Under the pieces are notes generated by a model that saw nothing but the letters and a program-made list of their open reading frames with translations, was not told the origin of the DNA and searched no databases. A stretch of 64,000 nucleotides of DNA, from positions 124,000,001 to 124,064,000 of the forward strand of contig OZ024740.1 of NCBI GenBank assembly GCA_964016885.1, given 5' to 3'. The translations under genes were made by a program, and so were the position numbers. Positions 39,791-53,284 of the stretch are shown piece after piece (positions within the stretch are counted from its first letter, which is position 1; every line of letters begins with the position of its first letter). This stretch comes from Eledone cirrhosa. Its lineage: Eukaryota.

Positions 39791-40178
39791 TGATAGAAAG
39801 TTTGGTTGTGGTAATAATGGTGCTAGGGATAGTTGTGGTGGTGATGGAGATTATGGTAGTGGTATTTTGGTAAAGGCAGTGGTAATAATGGTGCTGGTGA
39901 TGGTGGCAGAGTTGATAGAGTCTATGGTGGTGTTGGTCCTGTTAGCAGGAATGGTGTTGTAGATGATGGTGGTGGGAGTGGTGGTGCTGGTAATAATCAT
40001 ATGGAGATAGTGGAGAAGTGTGTAGTGATGCAAATAATGATGGTGGTGATGGTATTGGAGGTGGTAATAATAGTGCTTGTGGTGTTAGTGGTGGTAATGG
40101 ATAGTAATGTAGTTAAATAGTTAGATACCAACCCAGACTGAGGAAACTTACGTAAACCTGTGACTACATTGTCTAAAG

Positions 40179-40379
40179 TAGGCATGTCAAACTGAGGGTC
40201 CTCCGAAGCCCACATGAGTCACATATGTGTTGTCGAAGGGCCACACACGACAACTAATTGAGTACATTACAACTAATTTTATTTAATTTAAATTACGAAG
40301 ATAAAACATGCTTGCGCTGTAAATACCTTTGTGCAGGCTGCAGGTGTGCTTGTAAAGGGGCTCATGTTTGACATGCTGC
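40179..40379. mobile_element. hAT (Charlie-like) MITE
   Basis: TIRs TAGGCATGTCAAAC and GTTTGACATGCTGC; 8-bp TSD GTCTAAAG (40171-78) / GTCTAATG (40380-87). Confidence 0.8.
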
Positions 40380-40808
40380 GTCTAATGCATCCATGCCATT
40401 TTCAAGATAGTTGAATTTTGAAGGAGATTTGGCTGCTCTTCCTTGTATGCCAAGCAGCCACATAGAGGCTTCCACATTAGTTGTAGTAAGTAGTAGCCGC
40501 AGTATCTACTGTTGGCATTGACTGTGATGTGGGTGATAAGGAATATGATGACAATTATACTGAGGTAGGGATACAGCTAATACCGGTAAATAGCTTAAGT
40601 CTTAGCGGCAGTAATTATGTTGCTTTAGACAATGATGATGATTGTGGTGATGTTATTGTAATAATGCTGGCCACCACATCACTAAGGTTAATATGAATTG
40701 TAATGAATGAGAATCAAAATATGGAAGGCTTGATAATTAAATTATATTAATTACGTTATCTTCAGCCTCACTTCACTATCACCACCACTCCTGCAGCCAG
40801 TATCATCA

Positions 40809-41008
40809 NNNNNNNNNNNNNNNNNNNNNNNNNNNNNNNNNNNNNNNNNNNNNNNNNNNNNNNNNNNNNNNNNNNNNNNNNNNNNNNNNNNNNNNNNNNN
40901 NNNNNNNNNNNNNNNNNNNNNNNNNNNNNNNNNNNNNNNNNNNNNNNNNNNNNNNNNNNNNNNNNNNNNNNNNNNNNNNNNNNNNNNNNNNNNNNNNNNN
41001 NNNNNNNN
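40809..41008. other. Assembly gap (200 N)
   Basis: Run of N. Confidence 1.
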
Positions 41009-41237
41009 CTTTTCCCCTACCTCTGTTTTTCTGTCTCTCTCTGTAGATATATCTCTGTAGTTTTCCTAATCTTTCTCTAAATATCTCTCTCTCTCTCTCT
41101 CTCTCTCTATGTGTATATATTGAAGGGAGATACTGCAACTAAAACAGTGTTGTCATATAGAGAGTGAAGAGCGACACAGAGAGTAAAGCAGTTAAATTAT
41201 AGAGAGGGGGAATGATCTTACATACATACATATAAAG

Positions 41238-41280
<43 letters not shown>

Positions 41281-42393
41281 GTTTGTGTATGTGCGTATGT
41301 GCATGTGTGTATGTGCATGGGTGTGTCTGTATGTTTTGCTTTGATGTTATCCGGCAATTGGCGAAATCAGGTGTGAAAGTATGTGTATTTATGCGTGTGT
41401 GTTACTTATGCGAGTGACGACAGAAAAAGTGTGTGGGATACATACATTATTATATTTGTCTGTATTTTCTTTCTGCAACCATTATATTATGATATTTGTA
41501 TCCAAATGATTTTAGATGTATGTATTACCTTCTTGCCCGTCCCTCTGTTTATCTTTCCCTGTCTCTCTCCCTTTCCTCTCTCTCTCGCTCTTTAGATGTG
41601 TGTGTGTGTGTAGTTTTCCTAATCTGTCTGTTTCACTCTCTGCCTTTTGATATATGTATTACGTGTTTGTGTGTTGACCGAATTTGAAGGAGGTTATCCT
41701 TTTGAAATAAACATACATACGGCGCTCATCAATATTTTTATATATGATATAAATAATGGGATTGATGTGTTAATATCTGTATACAACAACTACAACAGTA
41801 TGTGATGGGGCCCACCCACAGCCTCAGCGGGCAGAATGGAGAAGACATTTCCACGGAGGATGGCAAGCGAGATGCACTAGAAAAGCCACTCCAACTCGCG
41901 GGGCTCAAACCTGCGGCTGGCCAGCTCAGCACCTATGGTGGTGAGTAAGAAGGTAGCCCTGGGGCCGAGGACACCAGAAGTCTCCACTGCCAGGGGTACG
42001 ACTGCAAACCTGTTGGAAAGCGACCGGTATTTGAGGAGTTTGGCCCCCTCATTCTGATGTGCAGCAGAACCTGGGTATATATTGATATATTGAAGGTAGA
42101 TACAGAAAATAAAAGAGTGTTGTCATATAGAGAGTGAAGAGAGACAGAGAGTAAAGCAGTTAAATTATAGAGAGGGTGAAAGAGGGAGAGAGAGAGAGAG
42201 GCGATGCAAAGCTTTATAATATTAGAGAGTGAAGAGCGACAGAGAGAGTAAAGCAGTTAAATTATAGAGCGGCGGAATGGTCTATTATAGAGAGAGAGAA
42301 GAGAGATGGAGAGAGTAAAGCTAAGAAACTATAGGGAGGTGTGTAGGATACATACATAATACACACGACACTCAGCTTTATAATATTATAGAT
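41009..42393 (-). mobile_element. Possible non-autonomous Helitron-like repeat with internal ~60-bp repeats
   Basis: Minus strand starts ATCTATAATATTATAAAGCTGAG, resembling invertebrate Helitron-N 5' ends. AGAGTGAAGAG.GACA.AGAG.GTAAAGCAGTTAAATTATAGAG recurs at ~41160, 42130 and 42225. No 3' CTAG end seen (gap). Confidence 0.35.
41735..42075 (-). mobile_element. CRE-clade non-LTR retrotransposon, 3' fragment (restriction-like endonuclease C-terminus)
   Basis: Manual translation: PGSAAHQNEGAKLLKYRSLSNRFAVVPLAVETSGVLGPRATFLLTTIGAELASRRFEPRELEWLF*CISLAILRGNVFSIL, the characteristic CRE C-terminus. Confidence 0.85.
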
Positions 42394-45084
42394 TTCTATG
42401 AGATCATAAAGCAAAAGTCAAATAAGATAATTTAGTTCTCCATGCATTTGCAAAAAAATGGAACATGAAATCATTCTGTCTATTCTAATTTCAAGTCATT
42501 GTGAGTGGAGTATCAATGAATAAATAAAGCAGAAATCTTTAAAAGCATGCACGTGAACAAGCACACACACACATGCACAAACACACACACAATTATATAT
42601 AATGCTGAATGTCAATATAGTGTTACATATTTTAGACCAAGAAGTGAATTCTTGAGAATGGGCCTCAATTTTCTATTGTAGCCATTTCTATTTATTTACA
42701 GTATTTTGTTCCTGGCACTCAGTGTTGTGTTCAAATCCCACCATGGTCAGCTTTGCCTTTTATCCTTTCAGGGCCAATGAATGTACAAAATAAATGGCAG
42801 AAGATTGGTTGGATTCTTAAAGAGTTGGATGGGATATTTTGTCATATCTCCTCACACATTCTGTCACCAAACCTATGATGACACTGTCCCTTCCTCAATA
42901 GGCTTGCCTCTTGTGGGAAGTAACTGGCCTAAACCAGCAATTATGACCATTCTGAAATACCAAATTAAATATGTTCATTATGCTTCATACTCTGCTGTAA
43001 GCAGAAATAGTTATAAAAAATAAAACATCAGAAGAGAAATGAAGGCACCAACATCTCATACCATTTTCTAAATACAGAGCTTTATTTCATCAGTGACACT
43101 CTCAAGCTACTGGCCAACAGATGTGTTGTCTCCTTTATCTGCTTCCTCTAGTCTTATTGAAATGGTCTCTGCTGCACAGCCAACTCACTTGTCTCTCTCC
43201 CTCACATCCCGCATAAATGAAACATAAATGTCATCAATCTCTCCCTCTCAGAGAGCTTGTAAAGGTCATGGGACTGCCCCTTCCACCACATTTATCAGAT
43301 AATATATATATATGTGTGTGTGTGTGTGTGTCTGTGTGTATACCAGTTTCCCATATGTTTTCATATCAACAATGCTTAAAGCAACATTGGTTTTGATCCC
43401 ATTTAAAGAATATGTCTCACAGCATAGTGTTTTAATGAAGATAAGTGGCATATACCATACTTATAAATAAAGCATGGGTTAGTGTCACGAAGGATTTATG
43501 GTCATAGAAAAGCTTGTTTTATCCAACTCATGCCAGCATGACAAAAATTAGCATAGTAACAATAATGATGATGATGGCGGTGGTGCTTGTGGTAATGATG
43601 ATGTTGATCTGGAGATGAATTTTAAACAGAAATTCTAACACAAATTTCTGTCCAAGAAAGAAGTAAAATATATAATCTTAAATAGATTAACAACAAGCCA
43701 TTAAGAAACAGCGTTATCGTAATGAAAAAAGGGAAATGGGACATAAATCACTGAGTGCCAGAGATTTTATAATGAATAAAAGAACCTTATATAACTGCAC
43801 AAATATATTTATGAAGCAGCAAGCGATGAATTACAGCAAGATTTAGCATTGATTTGTCATTTGTTATATTTACATTTCAATACTAATAACAATTTATATA
43901 TATATATATATATAATAGTGTGTTTGTGTGTATATGTATGTTGATATATGTAATGGTCTGTAGATGCTTGCATATTTTGTATGATTAACTGTGCAAATTT
44001 TTGCATATAAATATATATATTGGCTTGTTTGTGTTGTTACATAAATGGATATATATGTGTGGGTATGTATGTATGACTGGTGGTTTATCATTGTCAGTAT
44101 CTGTCTATATATAGTTATTACATATCTATTTATCTATCTATCTCTATATATGTGTGCGTGTGTGTGTGTAAGTATGCATATGTACATGGCTGTGTTTTAT
44201 TATAACTATAAGAGGTAACATTATATTAGATGCCCATTTCTCACAGTAAAATGGAAATGTTATGCCATAAATATTGTTATATCTACAGTGTTCTAAACAA
44301 TTGCTTATTCTATTATCAATATGTATGCATGCACTGTAATTGAGTGGTGTGAATAAAAAATGCTCATTTCTGTCTGAAATCAGTTATTTGGTGTGTAACT
44401 TGGATAAAATCCGGGAATCACAATACACAATAATAGCAAATACCAGAGAAATTGAACTTTCACAATTATTATTGTCATGCATTTATTTAATTATCCAAAA
44501 CTCTACAGCTAGGCAGCAAATTGGCAGAGTCATTCGAGCGTCATATAGAAGACTTTGCAGTCTTCATTTTAACTCTCTGCTCTCTCAATTAAAATCCTGC
44601 CGAGTTCAACTTTGCCTTTCATCCATTTGAGGTTGATAAAATGTACACGTCTAGTATTGGGCCAACTCTTTCTCTATATATCTTACTCACTTCCATTCTT
44701 TCTATATAATTCGCTGGAAGAAATTTGCTGTATTCAGACCTCGAGAGATGATGGGCTCCACCAGGTATTAAAATACCCTAGAAATGCTCTCCAGCAATGT
44801 CCTACAAATCTGATTCTACACTCTTTGATGATGTCTGATATGGAATGTAGGTTCCCATATGCTGCTCATTGGTCAGACAATCTCTCCAAGTTAAATTCAA
44901 TGCTAATCTTAGCATGTGAGAGAAGACTGCATCTAATCTCCATTCCAGTTTTGAGGTAATGGTCCATATGCTGAGCAGCCATATAATAGAACAGAGGCTA
45001 CAGTTGGTTGAAAGATACCTAAAAACACTCCTATAAAGAAAGGTTAAGTAGACAGCAAGTTACTGAGTGGGTGAGGTTAAACAT

Positions 45085-45560
45085 TGCAGCAAATGTGGAT
45101 CATTATATCTCTCTAGGTACTATATGGCATACAAGAAAAAAAACATCAATTGTGGTAAGGTCACTCATTTCAGCAAATGCTGCAACTTAAACCATTATAT
45201 TCTAATAATTCTGTTAATAACATTATTGTTAAGAGTATGAGTCCTAAACAGTCTGACAATGAGGAAGTAGTTTTGAATGTTAATCGTGCAGCAAATGATA
45301 ATTTATATTGGGGTAATTGTAAATTGAATGGACAGCTAGTTCAAATCCAATTGGATACTGATGCAGCATGCACCAACATTCTGGCTTTTCTGGTAACAAA
45401 TTTATCATTAATCATTAAATATAATAATAGAGAGTTAACTTCTTATGATATTCAAATTAGCAACAGCTTTCTGTGATTTTGGAGACAGAAAACAGCAATC
45501 CAGCCTTATTGTGGTTAATAGTCCTTATTACAGACATTCTGAATGGTATGTCATGTTACA
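45085..45560 (+). pseudogene. Decayed LTR-retrotransposon gag zinc knuckle/protease remnant
   Basis: NCGKVTHFSKCC knuckle-like stretch followed by LNGQLVQIQLDTDAACTNI (DTGA-like). Confidence 0.55.
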
Positions 45561-45806
45561 TTTCTGATAATTGTCTACTAATAAAATTTTAGTAATGAGT
45601 ACAGTTGTGTCAATTTCCCTAGTATAGAGGCCATGATTAAATTCATTCAATACAAACAGTAAAGTCATTTGAATTAGAGAAAGCATACAACTGCAGAGTC
45701 CATGCACAGTCTGCAATGTATGTAAATGTGACATCTTTCCTAATCTTTCTCAAGGACAACAGCACCAATTAATTACTGACTTGCATCAGAAGAGAGATGT
45801 TAAATG

Positions 45807-45842
<36 letters not shown>

Positions 45843-46762
45843 AAAAGTTGATTTGACTAACATGGGTTTCACTGCTAGGACTGGTTATATTTAATTGAAA
45901 ATACAGTCACCACAATACAAATAACTATAATAATTGAATAACCCTAGAGATGAAAAAGAGGGGACAGAGATGCTTGTGGGGATTCGATCCATACATCAGT
46001 CATATGCAGGGTGTCCAGCATACAATATATATTGTCTGATATCTTGCAGGCATCAAGTTCAATTTGGTCTATATCTAGAGTTGCCTTACCTGATTTATAG
46101 TTATCAAATGTTATAATAGTAGTGACATTGTAGTGACTATTTTTATATTTCAATAATGCCAAAGATTTGCAAGTGTGTATAATATATATATTATACAGAA
46201 GACCCTACTTCCCACATGTGCAGGCTGAAGCTGAAGCATATATACAGTATGCCCCCACCCCCTCCCAATAAAGTGCTCGTCTAGGTGTCACAACAAAAGC
46301 ACCCTGTTCACACTGTAAAGTGGTCATGCTGGTGACAAACAAAAAGGCACCCAGGACTCACTCTAAATTATGTTGGCATTAGGAAGGCCATCCAGCTGTA
46401 GAAATCAAACCAAAATTAGTTCTGTATGAGCAAGGCATGGTTACCTGACCTGGCATTGCCTACAACAGGACAACTCGTCTAACCCATGCTAGCGTGGAAA
46501 AATAGACATAAAACGTAGATGATTATCATGGTGATATATATCAACAAAATTCATGGATACACAGTTGATCCCTCAGACTTTTATAAAGCGGTGAGGGGAT
46601 AAAGTTAATATAAAGAATGGTGTGTTCATGTATGGTAATGCTATAAAATAGCTTATAAAATAGGGTGAATAACTTTAAAGATGGAAAAAGAAGTTTCCAT
46701 CTTTTTAGCCTCTCTGTACATGAATACACCATTCTTTATATTAAATCTCTCTCTCTCTCTCG

Positions 46763-46841
<79 letters not shown>

Positions 46842-46947
46842 TGTATATATATATATATATATTTATGGGGTAACAAGTTATCGTTATAGGAAATACTCTT
46901 CATTCTTTCACTATATATATATATATTCAATACTCTCTTATATATAT

Positions 46948-49900
46948 ATCATCATCATCATCATCATCAACGTTTAACGTCCGTGTTCCACGCTTGCATG
47001 GGTTTGGACGGGGGTAGTCCCACTTGAGGCAAGAGTGATTGTCTTGCTCGCATAGGACTGTCTGGCAGGTTTTCTACAGCTGGATGCCCTTCCTAACACC
47101 AACCACATTTACAGTGTGGGTCTGGGAGGTTTTTACCGTGTTGCCTACACGGCCACATTACAGCGTGGACTGTGTGTTTTTTTGTCGTGACACCTACACG
47201 ATCTCATTTGTTTCGGCCTGGATGGTGTGGCACCAACACAACTTTACATAGAACTGGGTGGCGTGGATGGGTTGGGGGTGGTGGGACGGGGGGGGGGGGT
47301 ATTTTGTTAGAGATGCCTACTGGCTGTAGTAGGTTTTACTATGTATTTAGGTAAGGCGGGTCTTCTCTGTTACTGAGTACCGCCAAAGGTCTGGGTCCAG
47401 TGACATTGTCTTGGAGAGGTGTAAGTGTGTGAGGTCGGAGTTTATCAGCTCGTCCCAGGTTTTTCTAGGTCTGCCTATTCCGTGGCTACCATCTATCTTT
47501 ATTGCCCTGCACTTTGTTATACAGCTATCGACTTTCATGCGCATCACGTGTCCATACCAACGTAGCCTTCTCTCGAGTAAACAACATCTGATCCCTCTTA
47601 TTTCTAATTTTTTCCTTAGTTCGTTTATGCTTTGCCGTTCACGTATATTACTGTTACACATTCAGCGGAGCATGCAAGCTTCGTTCCTCTCTAGTCTACG
47701 TATATCCTCTGCACACAATGCCCCGGTCTCACTGCCATGCAACATTGCTGTTCGTATGCAGGCATCGTACAACCTGCCTTTCATTTTTAGGGAGAACCCT
47801 TTAGCAGCTAATAGTGGTATAAGCTCTCTGAACTTTTTCCAACCAGTTCTGACTCTAGCTACTATACTTTCAGAGCACCCGCCCCCACTGCTGATTTTAT
47901 CACCCAGGTAACGGAAACTGTCCACTATTTCTATAGAACCCTCTGCGCAATTGAAAGAGCTAGTATTTTGTGGGCGCTTGCTGCTACTTATTGCACCAGA
48001 GCACCGGCCACATGTAAAATCTATGTTCTTAGTTAGCTTACCTGTGATCCCACTACATCTTTTATGCACCCATACTTTGCATTTAGGACATAAAATGGAG
48101 TTTCTACCTACGCCTTTCCTACACACCGAGCACGACCATTTCCCAGAAGGGACCGCCGCCTTATTTTTTTTCCTACAAACTAGAACTTTAGTCTTAGCCA
48201 GGTTAATTTTAAGGCCTTTTGATTCTAGGCCGTGCTTCCATGTTTGGAATTTCTTCTCTAGCTCGGCCATTGATTCCGCTATGAGTGTCAGGTCGTCTGC
48301 GTATAGGAGTTCCCATAGGCAGCCGGTCTTGAACTCCTCTGTTATAGCCTGAAGGGCAATAATAAATAGTAGGGGGCTGAGAACAGAGCCCTGATGGACG
48401 CCAACTTTTACGTTAAACTCTTCACTATTTTCGTTGTTAATTCTAACCTTGCTGACTGTTTCTTTATACATGGCTTGTATAGCTCTCACAAGCCATTCGT
48501 CAACGTCTAGTTTTCTAAGAGCCCACCAGATAATGGAGCGGGGGACTCTGTCGAAGGCTTTCTCTAAGTCGACAAAAGCTAAGTAGAGGGGTTTACCTTT
48601 AGCTAGGTACTTCTCCTGTAGTTGTCGTACAATGAAAAGAGCGTCTGTGGTACTTTTGCCTGACACAAACCCGAACTGCATTTCATCTAGGTCAATTCTC
48701 TCTCTGATTAGTTGTGCTATTACTTTTTCCGTGACCTTCATGACCTGGTCGATTAATTTAATGCCTCTAGAGTTACTCCTATCCAGGGCGTCTCCTATAC
48801 CCTTATAACAGTTAACGATGATGCTGCTATGCCAGTCCTTCGGAACAACCCCATTCTGTACGACTTGGTTAACTATGCGGGTGACCATGGTGTGTCCCAC
48901 CGTGCCAGATGCCTTCAGCATCTCAGCAACTATTTCCGAAGGCCCAGCCGCCTTACCCGTCTTCATATCCTTGATTGCCTTACTTATTATACTCCCCTCG
49001 ACTAACACTGCTGGTCCCTCTATTGGGTCGATAAGGGGGAGACTGTCTTTCTCCCATTTATTCTCTTCATTTAGTAGCCTTTCATAGTGACACTTCCAAG
49101 CTACCTTCTTATCAGCGTCGGTGATGGCAAGTTTGCCATCGTCGTTTAGTACACACTTCTCCCCGACAATATCACGGTTTTCCTTGACGCATTGCCTAGC
49201 AATCCTGAACACCTCACGTTTTTGGTCATCGCGTTGTAGAACATGCTCGAACTTTCTTTCCTCAGCTTCCCTTCTTGCTAAGTACACTTGTCTCCTAGCT
49301 TCCCTCCTGGCCACTTGATAGTATTCTCTACTTCCCCCATCCCGCCATACTTTCCAAGCCTGCTTTTTGGCCTTAATTGACCCCTCCACCTTACTGTTCC
49401 ACCACCATGTTACTCTCCTCCTGCCTACAGGCCTGCTCCAGCCACAGACTTCGTCTGTCGCCAACAGCAGGTTTGCTTTCAGAAATTCCCACTCTCCCTC
49501 TATATTGTCCGACTCTAAATGTTCTTCCTTACTGTCGAAAGCATCAAGTAATATGCTTTGAAATTTATTCCTGGCTGTGGGGTCCTTTAGCTTCCATATT
49601 TTTCTCCTGAGGATAGTCCTCTTCTGCTGTCGAGTACGTCTCGTCCTGACTATGAGGTCGCTAATTATCAGTCTATGTTGGGAGGTGCATTCTTCATGGG
49701 GGAGGGATTTAGTGTTTACAACAGACACTCTGTCACGTCTTCTGGTAAGGATATAATCTACCTGGCTTGTGTGTTCCCCGGATCTATAGGTGATCAGGTG
49801 ATTGTCACGTTTTTTGAAGTTAGTGTTACAGATAGTTAGGTTATTTGCATCACAGAATTCCAGGATTCTGGAGCCTTCCTCATTTCTAGTACCAAACCCA

Positions 49901-50906
49901 TAGCCTCCATGGATTTCGTCGTAGCCGTCACAATGTTGTCCAACGTGACCATTTAGGTCGCCTGCAATAATTATATAGTCACTGTCGGATATTTGGGAGG
50001 TAGTTAGCATCAGTGTCTCATAGAATCTGTCTTTTATAGTGCCGGGCAGTCCGGATTGGGGTGCGTACGCAGATATTACTGTCACCGTAGTTCTATTGAG
50101 GACAAGTCGTATTTTAATTATTCTGTCGTTCACTCTATTTACGTCTATTATCTTATCTGCCCACTTTTCTGCTACCATGATTCCTACTCCACCCAGCCCA
50201 TCGTCGTTTCCCACCCAGAAAAGCTTATAACATCGTTTTTTACCCTCAATGAATCTAGCAGACCCACCCCTCCACCTGGTCTCTTGAATACAACAAACAT
50301 CGACCTCCTTACGTTCAAGCATTTCTACAACCTCGTTAGCGCGACCCTTTAGGGTGCCTACATTTATGGTACCAACTCTGAAGTTTTGGATTGCGTTTGG
50401 GGATTGGGGGCGGTGGGGGGCGGGGGGCGATGGGGTTATGTTAGCCGTCCGCGGTCGAAACAATGAGGAGTGCTCGCATTCTCGTCCAAGAGGTGAATTT
50501 GTCTTTATCTTTGGCATTGTCGCTGAGCGTCCAGATTTTTCTCTCTCTCCTCCACTTTCCAGGATTCCGCAGTCCATCCATCCATCATATATCGAAAGGC
50601 AACCAGGCAAGCGATAGTATAGGCCTCTGGCTTCTGATTGGTCCGCGTAATAATAATACTGGTGATGCGTGGGTGCTCTGGCCTATGATTGGTCCACGTA
50701 ATAGCAATGGTGGTGCGTGGGGGCGGGAGTGAGGGGTGTTGGGTAGCTAGATAGAAGGTAATGATTGAATGGGGTCCTTGCGATTAACAAAAATACAAAA
50801 TTTTATTCTGTTCGATACGACAAAAACTTTCGTATCTCACAATTAATGAATACGAAAAATGTAGATTGTTTTAGCAATAGATTGGCTATTTGGACTTGAT
50901 ACGAAA
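46948..50906 (-). mobile_element. RTE subfamily A LINE, apparently full length and young
   Basis: 5' UTR, single long ORF, 3' UTR and (GAT)n tail; both ends lie in (TA)n. Confidence 0.97.
47347..50517 (-). CDS. RTE polyprotein (APE endonuclease, RT, PHD-like finger), ~1056 codons with one in-frame TGA
   Basis: ORFs 47662-50610 and 47347-47661 are in the same frame, separated by TGA at 47662-47664 where other copies have TGG (MLRW). Likely start is ATG 50517 (MPKIK), conserved at 2341 in copy 1. Confidence 0.93.
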
Positions 50907-51829
50907 TATATATATATATATAACAGTAAACTTCCCTAAAAACTTTATAGATGTTCATATCAATAGTTTAACTTAAGATTTGCCAGGAGCAGATCAGCCA
51001 CACATCGTTTCAATTTATTCTTGTCCTTCATCATCACACCTGTAAAGATCTAAAATCATTATATCTAAAATAATTTCATTTTCTTTAAATTTAGTTTCTT
51101 CAATGGATTCTATCAGCCTGATATACGTACTTTATTACTAATTCCTCATTCTTTTACTGGCTTCAGATATTAGGAAGTGGTCATGCTGGAGTACTACCTT
51201 AAAGATGACCATATCAAGCCCAGTACTCGTTTGTTCATGTCCGTTACATATCATATTGATCTATTTTGTTTAAATGCTAAGTTATTGATCACAAACAAAG
51301 ACACACAGACATATATGGAAGGCTTCTGCACTTTCCAGTAACCAAATTTCTGTTACAAGGCATTGGTCAAACCAAAGCCATAATAGAAAATACTTGAGAA
51401 AGGTACAAAATAGCAGTATTAAACCTGAAATCAAGTGCTTGTGAAGCAAACTCCTTAATAAAAAAGCTATGCTTGCATCTATTAGTTTCTTACTATTAAT
51501 CTGGCATTATTGTTAACTTATCTACCATTACAGCAACTGCCCTAGCTTTATGAAATCATTGAACACAAGTGTTCGATCAAAACTAAAATAAATGTCTGGG
51601 AAATGTTAGTAATTGGAAAATTCTTATGGAGAATTAATAAAGGTATATGATAACTGAGAAAGTGTTCAAGTAAGACACCAAACAATGAGGTTCAAGCATT
51701 AACGTATCTGAATTTTATTATTATTATCATTATTCTAAACTACAGGAAACACAAAGTAAATGTAAAATGATCAAGTGATAAACACACACACTCACACACA
51801 CATTATACTAGCATTGAAAAGCTGGTGTT

Positions 51830-52200
51830 AAATAATTGTTTCTACTTTAGGCACAAGGCCAGCAATCACTAAGTGTATTACTGGTACTTTATTTAAGGAT
51901 GAAGGGCAAAGTCAACCTCGGCGGGATTTGAACTCAGATCGTAAAGGGACGTAACTATGCTGGAAAGCATGGCGTCCAACCTGCTACTAATACTGCCAAT
52001 CTACTGCCCAATGTTAAATAATTGTTTCTACTTTAGGCACAAGGCCAGCAATAACCCAGTGCATTACTGGTACTTTATTTTATCGACCCCGTAACGATGA
52101 AAGGCAAAGTCAACCTCGGCGGGATTTGAACTCAGATCGTAAGGGACGTAACTATGCTGGAAAGAATGGCGTCCGACTCTCTACCGATACTGCCAATCCA
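51830..52200 (-). mobile_element. Two tandem Nin/Deu-domain-like SINE copies (51830-52009, 52016-52200)
   Basis: Both match 9222-9415; TGTTAAATA precedes each copy. Confidence 0.88.
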
Positions 52201-52202
52201 TG

Positions 52203-52233
<31 letters not shown>

Positions 52234-52313
52234 TGTGTGAGTGTGTATGTATATATGTATGTATATATACATACATACATATATATATACATGCATATAT
52301 ACATATATATACG

Positions 52314-52380
<67 letters not shown>

Positions 52381-52594
52381 GTTAAAGTGTACATCTACAT
52401 ATGTATACGGAAGTACTAGTATGCATATAAATACACACATGTATACATATGTACATGTACTGAGTTTTTCACTAGACACTTTGCGGTGAGTGTCCAGCTA
52501 GTCTGTATGTAACTAAACAGACAAACCGGGTTTTAAAGTCATACGAGTTTTCAAGGAAACACACTTCCTCCATTCTCCAGAGAGCCAGACAGGA

Positions 52595-52637
52595 ATATTG
52601 GACTAGTTTCGATGTTATTACATCTCATCAGCAATAT
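52595..52637 (-). ncRNA. Type I hammerhead ribozyme, intact core
   Basis: Exact reverse complement of 53242-53284. Confidence 0.92.
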
Positions 52638-53241
52638 ATACCCATCTTCCGGCTTCTCTAGAGAATTGTAAAAGCACATATCGTTATATGCTTTTTCTAT
52701 GAAAATTAGTAGTGGGCAGACTAATTTGCATAGAACGTGAGTCATTGTACGCACCGGTTCAGCGGAAACGATAAAAACAAATAACGAAACGAAATTAAAT
52801 TTCGTTTCGCTTCTAACTCACTTTTGTATGACTGACGCTTAAACAATTAAGTTAAAGTGTATATCTACATATGTATACGGAAGTACTAGTATGCCTATAA
52901 ATACACACTAGCTGGACACTCACCGTAAAGTGTCTAGTGAAAAACTCAGTACATGTACATATGTATACATGTGTGTATTTATATGCATACTAGTACTTCC
53001 GTATACATATGTAGATGTACACTTTAACTTAATTGTTTAAGCGTCAGTCATACAAAAGTGAGTTAGAAGCGAAACGAAATTTAATTTCGTTTCGTTATTT
53101 GTTTTTATCGTTTCCGCTGAACCGGTGCGTACAATGACTCACGTTCTATGCAAATTAGTCTGCCCACTACTAATTTTCATAGAAAAAGCATATAACGATA
53201 TGTGCTTTTACAATTCTCTAGAGAAGCCGGAAGATGGGTGT

Positions 53242-53284
53242 ATATTGCTGATGAGATGTAATAACATCGAAACTAGTCCAATAT
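53242..53284 (+). ncRNA. Type I hammerhead ribozyme, intact core
   Basis: ATATTG-CTGATGA(53248-54)-GATGT aata ACATC-GAAAC-TA-GTC-CAATAT; helices I and II perfect; helix III is the palindrome ACTAGT; predicted cut after C53278. Confidence 0.92.

Noticed and set aside
47662-47664. In-frame TGA as possible selenocysteine or readthrough codon
   Set aside because: Other copies have TGG (Trp) at this position; simple nonsense mutation.
50600-50906. HDV-like ribozyme, known from some RTE 5' UTRs
   Set aside because: I could not build the nested double pseudoknot by eye; this needs an RNAmotif or Infernal search.
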